A stretch of DNA of 64,000 nt from Convolutriloba macropyga (Eukaryota): NCBI RefSeq assembly GCF_964194025.1, contig NC_134471.1, positions 30,318,001-30,382,000 on the forward strand. The letters are read 5' to 3'. This document shows, in pieces, positions 41,450 to 53,620 of the stretch (positions within the stretch are counted from its first letter, which is position 1; every line of letters begins with the position of its first letter). A program made the position numbers and the translations under genes. The notes beneath the pieces are model-generated. The model had not been told where the DNA came from. It made no database searches and saw only the letters and a list, made by a program, of their open reading frames with translations.

Positions 41450-44250
41450 AAAACAAAAGACAGACAGCATTAGAACACAAACAACTAATGGAAAAGTAGA
41501 TGAGTCAAACTAACAACCTCTCTTCTCCAACCACAGCTTCCATTGAAGCATCAACAATTTGGCGCCGCCTAAGCGTCTTTGACCCACGAATGCATTGGAT
41601 GGAACTCCTTAGAAAAGCAAAGCTCATTTTCGTCCTTGGACCTGATATGTCAGCGTAGCTGTCCTCTTTCCGCGCAGATATGAGATGCCAATTGTTTCAG
41701 CGCTTCAGAAGCTGATGGGCCAGCTCCACCAGTGAATGCGAAGACAAGTAGACAAAATGTTACTTTCTAAACCTCAATTACTCTTTGTTCATCTTTGTTC
41801 TTTTTAATAGATTTATGGTTCTTGTAGGCTTTGGTACTGCTTTCAGGGCCACTTTTTTGCTAACGGGTTGAAATTTTGTACATTAAAATATGTTTGTTAA
41901 ACCTGGGTTACCAAAGTCCTTCTGCCTTGCTATCTAATCTTGCATAATCGCCAGTTCTCGCTGATTTAAGTGCAAACAACTATTTGACTTCAATCTCATC
42001 CCTCTTCTTTTACTTCAAGTATGATTTACTGTTGCTTTAGTCTGGCTTTGGGCAGAGATGGGGATAGGGGACTTGACAGTTGACCAGATCGTTCATATTA
42101 ATTAGAACGGTCTTCAGGTTTAAGGATGTTCAGGCCACCCTTCCCTATCGTCAAGGAATCTTCCGGTACTTTAGATTTAAGGCGCGAATACTTAAAGGAT
42201 TAGGTAGCTCATCGTTGATTGCTTTCTCATATTGTTTCAACAGTTCCTGAATGGTAAGTACTGTACAAGGTAGGTGTTCAATTTAGGCTGAACTGGTGAA
42301 GCATTTGAAAATATTTTGAAGCGAATCTTTAGAGTAGCCGGCTTTTTTAAACAACAATTTCTGATGTGATCTCTCCACAATTTTTTTCTGCAATCTCAGA
42401 ACTTATTACACTACACTCTATTTTTTTAAAACTGGCAACGGTTTATACTTCATAACGATCTGCTGTGTTTTTTCAAAAAGACGTCTATTGCTAATAACAT
42501 GGAACTTGGTAAAATGGTAACCGAAAGCAGGTCCTTAGTTTTTCAATGTGTCAAAAAGTTTTTCCAGATTATAAAGAGAGCAGATAGCGCCACTATCGTC
42601 CGCATACCAATGTTTTAAACTGTGAACCAATTCTCCAGAAATTCAATTATGGGGATAATGGCAATGCAAACATTGACATGGCAGAGGTACCACCTTGTGT
42701 TGTATTTACCTGAGAGTAGTTTTTGTTCGTCAATAAAAAAGTTTGCTGGTTCACGATTTGATTTACATTTGAAATGATAGAAAGAAGGGCATAAATTCTC
42801 AATGTTTCTTAATTCAAGATCACCGTTGAGAATATTGAACGCGTTTTCTGTCTCGATAAGCAACATTGATTCTGATTCTGTGTTTTTAAAAGAAGCTCTC
42901 AATAAATGGAGAGCACTGTCAATTCCTTTTTTTGACCCATACATAGATGTTGATCGCCACCTAAAACCTTAAGGTCAATTTTAAGACAATTGACAACGGT
43001 TCTTTCAATAATTTGCCTTCGGACTTGCCCAACTCCAATATTTTCAACAGCCATCGACCGACGTGAATTATATGGAAGATTGAAAGTGCTATGCTTGTCA
43101 AATGAGAAGTCAATTTACATTTTCTTTCGCATTTTGCTCGTTTAGCAATCGTGGATCAATCGAGGACGCTCTAAAACATGTCAGAAGCCTTCGCCATTAG
43201 TTGGCATACAGGCTGGAAGGTCATGGCCTCCAAGCATTTTGATAACATTTTTTCTTACCATTGAGTCATTGTGTTTTTTAAAAATGATCCGATTGTATGG
43301 TAAACTTTTTTAATTCTAGGTTCTTTATTGGACAAAATTATCTCAAGGATATATCATCACCACAATCCCTTTAATAAATGAAAATTTATTCTGTTTACTT
43401 TTCTCTGAAATTTTTTCATTTTTATTGTTAATTTTATATGCTGTGAAATAATTTATTCACGTTTCCTGGTCAATGTTTTTTCACGAATAGTTCAATCAAA
43501 AATCTTTTTGAGAAATAAATTTTTGCCATAACTCTTGCCATCAACATCTGCTTTATTTGGGCTCTTATTGCTGAATTCTGATGCCATTTTTATTCTGAGT
43601 AGGATTTGAATGAACTATTCTCCATCATAAATTGCTCAAGAAACCACAAGTCTCTATTAGAAATTGGTTTACCAGGAGTCTTTTAACTGACGCGTTAAAA
43701 TTTGAGTTTGAACGTGTCCAGCAATGTAAGATGAGCATTCATTGCTCCCTCTTCTTCTTTCTTTTCGGTACGAGATTTCAACTTTCAATTGATAGATATT
43801 ATCCGGGTATTTTTGTTTAATTTTGCTAGTTGTCTATCTATGTGATATTTTTGTACAGCTTTGCTTTCGACACGGATAGTTGTAGTATTAGTAAGGGCTT
43901 TGGGGGTCACAGCCCTCGGGGTCTTTTGACCCGTTGTGTTAATAAATGCTGAAATTTTGGTTATTTATGAGAGGAATAAATTAGGAACTCTGGTGATCAT
44001 TTGGAAATTTGTCAATTAAGCTTTTTTGGAAACCAACATAATCGCCGGGCAAATAGCTTCCGTTTTTAACACTTGCAGAAACAACAAGAAATTTTTTTAA
44101 TGAATCCGATAGGGACCAAGTACCCACAATTACGAGTTCAATATCCAAAACAACAACAGCAACAACAAAAAAAAACAATATCTTCAACAACAGCAACAAC
44201 AAGAACAGCAACAAAAACTGTATTGGATCGTTGAGAAAAGTCAAATTTCA
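41450..44250 (-). mobile_element. Decayed CRE-like non-LTR retrotransposon with RT and C-terminal restriction-like endonuclease region
   Basis: IGVGQVRRQII (about 43010-43040), LCMGQK.GIDSALH...LLIETENAFN.LN, WYADD (42595-42609), and C-terminal EQRVIEV...TGGAGPSA...RTKMSFAFLRSSIQCIRGS. Many frameshifts; the ends are approximate. Confidence 0.75.
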
Positions 44251-44353
44251 AGCAGTTGGGTTGAATTGAACATTCGTGACAATCTGTTGCAAGTTCATCC
44301 ATAGATTGATGAGACTAGAGTCTGGGAGTCAAAATTGGTGAACGTTTTCACTC

Positions 44354-44945
44354 TGAATGCTGAAGTACGGTTCCTAAAAACTACCGTTAGATCACAGATT
44401 TATTTGTCCGTATAAAATTACTTTAAAATTGTTATTTTGAATCCTTCCGTTAACTTCTGTTTAAACTAATTGACCTCGCCTTCGAAAGAAAAAAGAATAA
44501 TATTTACAATTGCCGTTCACTTCACAAAATTAAAAATAATACAGTCAACTTTTTAAAACAGAGACTAATTCAATTCTAAACCTATGCTGGTATTTACAAA
44601 AGCAATCCTAATTACATTTACTTCACTCTGGAAATTTCGAGACCATTTGTAATTTATGCTGTGAGACCCTTTTGAATGCTGAAGTACGGTTCAGAAAAAC
44701 GGTTTTTAGATCACTGGAACTAATATATCAGTTTAAAATTACTTCAAAGAAGACATTTTCGAAATTTCTGTCAACTTCAATTTAATCTAATTGACCTCGC
44801 CTTCGAAAGAAAAATGAATGTCACTTACAATCGCCTTTCACTTCAAGAATTTTACAATAATACAATCAGATTTTAACAACAGAGTCCAATTCATTTCTGA
44901 ATCTATGCTGGTATTTACAAATGCGACCATAATTGCAATACCATT
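44354..44945 (+). repeat. Diverged direct repeat, period about 319 bp, 2 copies
   Basis: tgaatgctgaagtacggttc at 44354 and 44673; ctaattgacctcgccttcgaaagaaaa and ctatgctggtatttacaaa are present in both copies. Confidence 0.85.
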
Positions 44946-45249
44946 TAGTTCCTACGTGAACCTAAAATTGTTTTGTTTGCCTTTCTCTGAAAGTTTTCAA
45001 TTTTTCAGGTAATTTTACTATGCCGTGAAAAACAATTTTCCTTTTTTTTCAAATTTGCTTTTCGATCGTTATGTTTCAGTCAAAAATTTACTTCAACCCT
45101 TGCCATCAATATCAGTCGTCATTGTTTATTTGTGCTCCTTTTGCTTACCTCTGATAACTTTAGTTTATCCAGAGTAGGATGTGAATCAACTATTCTCCAA
45201 TAGGAACCGATCAATAATCCACAATTCTCTGAAGGAAATTCACCTGGGA

Positions 45250-45460
45250 ATCTATAAAATGACGCGTTGAAATTCGAGTGACCTTTGGACGTTTGCAGCC
45301 TTGATAGATGAGATGATTTCAAGGTATATTGGTTTGTTTTTGTTTGTTGTCTATCCTTGTCAGAGTTTCGTGCAATTTTGCTTTCTATAAAGATAATTGC
45401 AGTAGCTGAGGCTTTGTGGGTCACAGTCCCCAGGGTTTTGTGACTTAGTGGGTGGACAAA
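45250..45460. repeat. Diverged second copy of 43685-43940 (5' region of the CRE-like element)
   Basis: tgacgcgtt.aaatt.gagt and gggtcacag.ccc..ggg are shared with similar spacing. Confidence 0.5.
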
Positions 45461-45949
45461 TCATTAAAACTTGTTATTTTATGCTAAAATTGATTTAGTG
45501 TAACGTCAAATTAAATTTTTTCATCATTACCGCAGTAAGTGCATTGGCAGATTATTTATCCTCCATTTGAATCTTTTGCCATTACCGAATTAATTGGTAA
45601 AATACTAGTATAGTTAGTCATTGTAGTTTTGTCAGCTGTATGACCTAATAAAAGTTTTGAAGAGAAAAATTGTTCTGTGAAAATATGTTGTCTGTTTTAG
45701 ACAATATTTTTTTGTTCTCATCTGCTAAACTGTCTTCTAAAGTGTCAGATAAGTTTGTGAATCTAACAGCGATGTTGATTGAAATTTCAAAATTGATAGC
45801 TGTGGAAGCGAGTTGTGCATTTCAACGTACAAGTACATCAGTAGCAGCTTCAATTTCACAAGCCTCTCCTTACAGTAGAGTAACTAGACAGGGATCAATT
45901 TCGTGGCCATTTGGTGAATTTCGCGATCTTCGTCAAATTATTCCGTTTG

Positions 45950-47150
45950 GAAGCCAGTCTTGAGAAAAACACGAAATGATTTAAAAAAGTAATCTGTGTA
46001 CGAATGAATCTTATGATCATAAATGAACAGAACAGGAGGTGCTTTCGCTTGAGCTGCAAAAAAGCTCGTGTTGCCTTTCGAACGCATAACTCTCCCAATG
46101 CTCGTTTCAATTTAGATTGTTATGAAGACCAAAGTCTTTTGTGCTTTTGTGGATCAATTTTTCGTGTCCTTTAGATATGCGGATAAGTCTTGTCTTGTCG
46201 TAATAAGGTTCGATTTATAAGTTATCTTTTCAACAGACGTCTAATCGTCCTAATTTTTGATTGAGATCATTACTGAGTGCCATCAGTCTGATGACATCTG
46301 CGAAGCCCTAATTCTCCAGTTTTGGGCTAAAATTGGGAAATCATTGACAAAGATAAGAAACAAAAGGAGTTGGAATCAATTTTTGTGATATTATTAGTTT
46401 CAACAGATTTCTGTTCATTTTCGAGATAAGATCTTTTGAGTTTGAAAATTTTCCCCTATTAAGATTCCCTAAATAGATTCAAAACTATTAATTTTTTCTA
46501 TCAGATTTTTTATCTGATTTTGCTGAAAATTTCTACAAAATCAAGGTATAAAACTGTACGATCTCCCAATGCATTTTGGTCGTTTTTTCGTAAAGTGGAT
46601 TCAGAAGTAGAACTTACTGCAGATCTTTGGTTTTTGGAGCCAGATTGTATGCAATTTGATTCCACACTGTTCATAGAGCTCATCAAATTTACTTTTCCAA
46701 AACTTTGGAAACAGCATAAAAAATTTGTTGGTCGATAAGAGCCATTATTTGCTTCACAATTGCGTCCAGTTGATTTAGAATGTTTAAGCTGTTGAAGCAT
46801 GTTTTTAATTATATTTCATTTATTACAGTCTTAAATTGTTTCAATTCGAGAGAATGAAAGCTTTTAAAAGTTTTGTGTCATTACACTTCAAGACCATACC
46901 CGAAAAACCTGAGCTTTTTATTTTTGTTATTGACTTGCATTTACGTATCCAAACATGATTGTTCTAGCTGTTTTGGGATTTGTTCTAGTTAATTGCAGGT
47001 AATACTGTCCATTGGTGATTAATCGAACAGCCGATTTGCTAAATATGTCAGATTCAAAAAATACTAAAGTTTAAATCCTAAAGTTTGCGTGGTAAATAAT
47101 TTTTCTGAACGTTTGGTTTTATTTAGTCTCTTAAGATTTCGATTTAGCCA
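45950..47150 (-). mobile_element. Decayed LINE (CR1/Jockey-type) reverse transcriptase fragment
   Basis: SYRPTNFLCC (YRPISLL-like), TVLYLDF, LLLFLIFVNDFP (about 46335-46370) and GFADV (about 46295-46308) in RT order. Confidence 0.65.
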
Positions 47151-47160
47151 TTGCCACAAT

Positions 47161-50100
47161 TTTTGTTCCGACCCACTTTAGTGAGGGAGGAACTATATAC
47201 ACAAATGGGTTTTTTGTTTTTTTTTGTTCAGACATCTTTCGCCGATTGATAAACTTCGTAGAGAGTTGTGAGTAGTATCATTAGAAAGCCCGTCCAGCGT
47301 AAAATATGGAATTAACGAGATTTTTTGATTTTCGATTTTTAAAGGAAGTTACCGAGCTTTAAAGTTGTGTGATATTATATAAGACAATATTACCTTGTTT
47401 TAATTCACATTTTCCTTATTTTTTTCCAAGTTTTCGTTAATTTTTGGTAAAATAATTTAAAATTGTTAAGGGTAATAAAATTTCTTTTAGGTCTAAAGAT
47501 AGGACAGGGTTGCTGGATTGGTCGATTCGTGCTTTTGACAAGAATTATTGCTAAATTTTTTCATATTTCTGACTTTTCGTCAAAAATGGGATCAAATATG
47601 CATTTTAGCCCACTTTCTTCAAGTTTGCTGAAAGTGGACACCTTGAAACAGCACTCATTTTTTTAAGCTCAAAAGGAACTAGTGGTATGCTTGCCGGCCT
47701 CAAGAGTTTTTTGGAATCATATTATTGCGAGTTTTTTGGAATATTTAAACTTTATAAATGTACAAATTTCATGATTTTTTTCATATACTGAAAAAATTGT
47801 GTTTGAAACTTGATCTAACACTTGAACAAATGAGTGTATCTTTCGCCGCGCAGCAATATCAGGGCTAATATTGGTCTCACCCTGGATCCTTACGGTTAAA
47901 GAGTTTTAGAGTTTAATGGGAAGCTGCCATTTTTAAATAAATATTTCCGCATTTATAGATTTTATATATATTACTGACAAGAATTTCATACCAGAACTCA
48001 ATTATTGACAGACCTTCTTTACAAAAAAGAGACCCAATGATAGGGGCCCTATGGTTTCAGAGTTAAGCTTATGGTTTTTAGTTCTGATCAATTGTTTTCG
48101 GAAAATTTTATGGACTTATGTTTTGCTTTCATTTATTTGTTATGCTTTTTGTAGGCCAATAAATTAGTTTCCTCGATAAAAGGTCCCATTTGTTGTTAAA
48201 AAGTAAATGTGAAACTAGAAATTGTTTTCAGTTGTTATCTAATGTCTCTTATGACTGTGAATTCATTTGTTTTAAGAAAATGTCGGTAAATTTTTGAACT
48301 TTTCAACTGATTTATGTATCTTTTCTCAACTTCAGGCGGAGTCTCAGTGAAACCAGGAGGAACTAATTTCCTCCGAGTTATGAATTATTTTTTTAAAAAG
48401 TTTTATAATTTATTGAAGGTTTCGTGGTTTTGGTAATACGAGTTTTCAGTATTTTCGTATTAGGAGCATAATTGAAAAATTAATAAGTTTATTTTCTTTC
48501 CTTGTCGAGTTATCACATTGACAAGGAAATGTTGACAGGTTGAACTGAAAGAAAGGACAACAGGGAGCAGCAAAGCACAAGCGTTGAGAAAAGGCGTATG
48601 TGAACAAGTTATTTGTTTTTGTTGAATATTTTACACTTTTTGGCTGAGACACAGTTCTCACGCAAAAGTTAGTGGATTTTTTTTATCTGTGCATATGTTT
48701 TCTCTTTCTTCTTGTTGTTCAATAACGTATACCTGATAAAAAAAATACGTCTCGATTGCATTTCTAGGACGTTTAATTTAAACCTTTTATTGACTTCGGT
48801 GCATAGCTATTTGTTTTAATGACTCTCAAAATAACTTTTTAAAGAGAAAGATTTTTTCAACTTTCTTTTTTTTGCGTTTATATTTGTCATCAAATAACCA
48901 ACCTCACTAATAAGAAGTCTCACCTATTTTTGTTTATTCAGAAATTATTTTCTTAGTTGCTTATACGTTTTCACTGATTGCTTCAACCAATTTGTTTCAT
49001 AAGAAAACTTCGATATTTCTATACTGTTCAAATTTAAGGTCTGTTTTTGATGTGATGTCTACGTAGCATTTTCATAAAGAAGACCAGTTGATGCTAAGAT
49101 GAGAAGAAAGTGAAGATTTACAGGTCTTGCATACAACAACTTAAATTTATAGTTCCTTGAACACTGTGATGTCGTTAATTGTTTGTGAAGTTTGGGTTTC
49201 TACCTTTATTTGCTTTTTTGTAGTCTTGTGACCAAATCTTAATAATAAACAGCACAATTTCCTTCCTGTGGTGTTTCAACATAATTGATCAATTTTTTGA
49301 AATCCTATTCCTGTTATGGCTTTTGAAAATAATTGTTTTCAAAAGCTTATTTGGATTTTTGAATTTCGCCATTTTTAAAATGCTTTTCGGACGATTTGTA
49401 GCTTAGTCTCTGTGGAGACAGATAGGAACGCGTGTTCAGTGCGCTTTATTTTAAGTTTTTTAACGGGCTTAGTTTTAATCGTTTGTTTCTTGGTTTTGTT
49501 ACTGCTCTTACTATGAGATTTCATAAAGTGTTTGAGATTATTTATTTATACACTTTAAAGGATTTTTGTACCTTTGTAATTTAAAACATTAATGGTAGTA
49601 CCAATTGGCTTTAAAATGTTGTGCAATTTGAAAATTTTGATGCTCTTAGTGAAAGATTTGATTTATGGTTTTAACTGCTTAACTGCAATCTTCGCGCAAA
49701 GTTTAGTTGAACTTTTTCAACTTGCCGTTTTTTGTCTTTCTTCTCGTAATGGTATGACCTATATTGGATAATGACAGGTCTCAATTGCTTTCTATGAAGA
49801 TAAGAGTAAACATTTTAGCGTTTTCAGTTATTATTTAATGATATTAATCACTTTGAAATAATATGTTTCTAAAAATGGAAACGTATTTTTGAACTTTGCT
49901 CCTTTTTGCTCTTTTTCGTCGACCTGTTACCCGGTCGCATTGAGGATAGGTCCAAAACCTTTTCTAATGAAGTATAGCTTATTTCGTTTTGTTTAGGTAT
50001 TATCTGATGCGAGTTTGATTTTGTTGTTAGTTTTTTAATATAGACATTGAGTTTTGGTCGTAATTAATGTTTGTTATTGGATTTTATTATTGTATTTTCT

Positions 50101-50207
50101 AGTATTCCTATTAACAACAGGTTCCATCGGCCCTCTAGCGTATCTTTATGGTATCCCATTTGTGGTCGGAACACTATGTGCGTACGCACATTAACGAGCC
50201 TCCTTGT
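47161..50207 (+). mobile_element. HINE/DINE-1-like non-autonomous Helentron, copy D
   Basis: Starts in a T run with tgttccgaccc (47164-47174) plus the partial inverted repeat gagggaggaac. Ends ggtcggaaca (50164-50173), palindrome ATGTGCGTACGCACAT (50176-50191), then ccttgt. 50040-50150 matches 15545-15660 of copy A. Confidence 0.8.
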
Positions 50208-50219
50208 CTTCTTTAGAAA

Positions 50220-50620
50220 TTATATTGGTTTTCATATCCATGGCGGTAAAAAAGATTGCTACCTGGTTATCACTGCTTCAATTGTTTCGATCAGGACGTC
50301 AGTCAAACAATACTATTCCTAAAAAGATCATGAATGTTGCTATACAAAAAGCAATTGATTTGTGTTTTCAGGGCGTATTCCGTTTGCTTCAGAATTACCA
50401 TTTGCTTTTTCGTGAATTCAAGTGTGATTGTTAAAGGATCGTGATCGTAGCATGGCTTATTACAAAAACTGCCCTGCAGTCCAAAGATCGGTCGAATCTT
50501 TTTATGATTGTTTTGGGGCCATTCGATGAAAAACGTCAAGTTGTGTGTCACCCAATATTCAAGAAACCAAACGACTGATTCTAGAACTGAGTTTTGATAG
50601 TCATAGGAGGATCTCATCTG
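50220..50620 (-). mobile_element. Possible Gypsy-like RT/RNase H remnant
   Basis: VWFLEYWVT...IRPIFGL...PLT resembles the V.FLG..V / LRSFLG / PLT motifs; very degenerate. Confidence 0.3.
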
Positions 50621-51309
50621 TGATTAGTTCGTTCTGGAAGAATTGGTATCGCCGGTTACAAGAGTTTGCCTCTCTGTTTCTTTATTAGTAGATTTCGAAC
50701 ACAATGGGAAAAATTAATAGAATCACAATTTACTGTTTATAGGGACCATTTTAGGGGATTTTTGTTTGTGCTTATTAGGATTAGCGTTGACCTTGTGCGA
50801 ATATTCACTGCAATCATATGGTTACATTGACTTGTTAATCATTTTTTCACGAGGAAGGGAACTTTTAACGGCCAAAAAGACTGCGCCATAGTTCGTTTTT
50901 GAAATTTATTAGGTTAATTTCACTTTTCGATAAACAAAAAATGTGGGAGAACAACTGAGTTTGGAGCTCTGGCTGCGAAATATATTTCTGCAGGGCAAGT
51001 CATGCCGTATTTCTTTTTGGATGGTGCTTTTGTTTATGTTAATCGTTCTTGTATTTTAAGTAAATCCCTAAAAAAGGGGAAAAACCGGACTGTTTGTGCT
51101 TGGCCTTTAATTTTCAGTTTTGTTTTGACTTGCAAAGCCGACGTTTGTAACCACTTCTGTTTTTGTCAATTTTTTCTCATTATTGAGATCAAAGGGTAAT
51201 GTTTCACGGCTGAAAGACACAACCAAAAAAAACAGATGTATGGGCTATATATCAACCCGGGTTGACTCCATAATTCAAAAAGTTATAAAATTACAACTTC
51301 ATATTATGG

Positions 51310-51665
51310 CGTCTATGAAAAGTTGTAGTCATAGAACTTTCATAAAAGGGAGTTCTATGGAATTAAATTTTTATGCAAAATTTTTTTATATCATGAAAAG
51401 GAGGGAAAAAGTATGTTTCAAAAAACTAACTTGAAAAAAAATTGAAAAATTGAGTCTTAAGCGAACAGAGAATTATGGAAAAGTTGTAGCCATAGAACTT
51501 CATAGAAAAAGAAAAAAATTTGGAGAAAAGTGAAAAACGTTTTTTCAAGTTAAAAAACACCTCGCATGCCTTGAGTTATTCAGTGAAAAGCCGTCGCATC
51601 AAGTGAGATCGCAACTAGCAATCAACAATGAAAAAGTTGTAGTCATAGAACTTCATAGAACAGTT
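51310..51665. repeat. Degenerate repeat aaagttgtag(t/c)catagaact, 3 copies
   Basis: The motif occurs at about 51318, 51480 and 51633. Confidence 0.7.
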
Positions 51666-51929
51666 TTGCTTCAATTTTTTCCATAAAAGAGCTAATTTCT
51701 TCCTTAAAAAGAAATGTTATCTTGCCATTCAAAATTTTGGTGCAAAACAGACCACTTTTCCAGCGTATCTTGTGTTTTTGAACTGATAACAAGCAAAAAG
51801 TCACATTATAGCGAACTGAAAGCAACAAATCATAGTTTTGTCTTTCGATGTTACTCCTTCTCATATTATCAATATCTGGCACCATATAAAACGTTTTATC
51901 TATGGATCGCGTTTGAATTTCATGTGCAC

Positions 51930-53620
51930 TGGTGTTAAGTTAGCGTATGGCACCAAAAAAGAGTGGGACAATGAAAATTTGATAGAACATGGTTTCAGTT
52001 TTCTTCCAAAAAAAAATTGGTGTAAATCGGACACCCAAATTTTTGGTTAATGTAGCTAATTTTTTTTTGAAAAGACCAATTGATTTTGCCAATGAGTTGT
52101 TTCGAGGAACCAAACTTCTTTGAAGCACATTTTGTGTTTTTCAACTGATATCAAGCAAAGTTTCACCTCATCGAGAAATGAACCACCCCATCTCAATGTT
52201 TTGGCCTACAAAATTTATCCATATAAGAACATTTATTTTTGTCACCATCAAAAACGCTTTACTTGTGATCTTCCACTAAGTTTCTTCTCCAGGAGTGTAC
52301 AATTAGCTCATAGCACAAAAAATTTCTGGGAAAATGAAAACTCGATAGAATAAAGAATAAGTTATCTCCCAAAAAGTATTTTTGGGGTAAATCGGACACC
52401 CCAAATTTTGGTTAATGTAGCTAATTCCTTTTTTGAAATGACCAATTGAAATTGCCAATGAGTTGTTTCGAGGAACCAAACTTCTTTGAAGCACATTTTG
52501 TGTTTTTCAGCTGATATCAAGCAAAGTTTCACCTCATCGAGAAATGAACCACCCCATCTCAATGTTTTGGCCTACAAAATTTATCCATATAAGAACATTT
52601 ATTTTTGTCACCATCAAAAACGCTTTACCTGTGATTCTCCAATAAGTTTCATCTCCAGGAGTGTACAATTAGCTCATAGCACAAAAGATTTCTGGGAAAA
52701 TGAAAACTCGATAGAATAAAGAATAAGTTACCTCCCAAAAAATATTTTTGGGGTAAATCGGACACCCCAAATTTTGGTTAATGTAGCTAATTCCTTTTTT
52801 GAAATGACCAATTGATATTGCCAATGAGTTGTTTCGAGGAACCAAACTTCTTTGAAGCACATTTTGTGTTTTTCAGCTAATATCAAGCAAAGTTTCACCT
52901 CATCGAGAATTGAACCACCTCATCTCAATGTTTTGGCCTACAAAATTTATTCATATAAGAAGATTTATTTTTGTCACCATCAAAAACGCTTTACTTGTGA
53001 TCCTCCACTAAGTTTCATCTCCAGGAGTGTACAATTAGCTCATAGCACAAAAGATTTCTGGGAAAATGAAAACTCGATAGAATAAAGAATAAGTTATCTC
53101 CCAAAAAGTATTTTTGGGGTAAATCGGACACCCCAAATTTTGGTTAATGTAGCTAATTCCTTTTTTGAAATGACCAATTGATATTGCCAATGAGTTGTTT
53201 CGAGGAACCAAACTTCTTTGAAGCACATTTTGTGTTTTTCAGCTGATATCAAGCAAAGTTTCACCTCATCGAGAATTGAACCACCCCATCTCAATGTTTT
53301 GGCCTACAAAATTTATCCATATGAGAACATTTATTTTTGTCACCATCAAAAACGCTTTACTTGTGATCCTCCACTAAGTTTCATCTCCAGGAGTGTACAA
53401 TTAGCTCATAGCACAAAAGAATTATGGTAAAAGGAAAACTCGAGAGAATATAGAAAAAGTTTCCTCCCAAAAAAAATTTTTGGGGTAAATCGGACACCAA
53501 AATTTTCAGTTAATGTAGCAAATTCCTACTTGAAAAGACTGATTGCTATTCAACTTAGATTTTGTCAAGATATGAGACGTTTTTGAAGCATATTCTTGGT
53601 TTTGAGTTGATATCAATTTC
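51930..53620. repeat. 366-bp tandem array, about 4.5 copies with degenerate flanks
   Basis: The same pseudo-ORF starts at 52120, 52486, 52852 and 53218 (period 366). The central units differ by few substitutions. Confidence 0.97.

Noticed and set aside
51940-53430. Repeated 62-77 aa ORFs as a tandem gene family
   Set aside because: They arise from the 366-bp repeat on both strands, and have no recognisable protein features.
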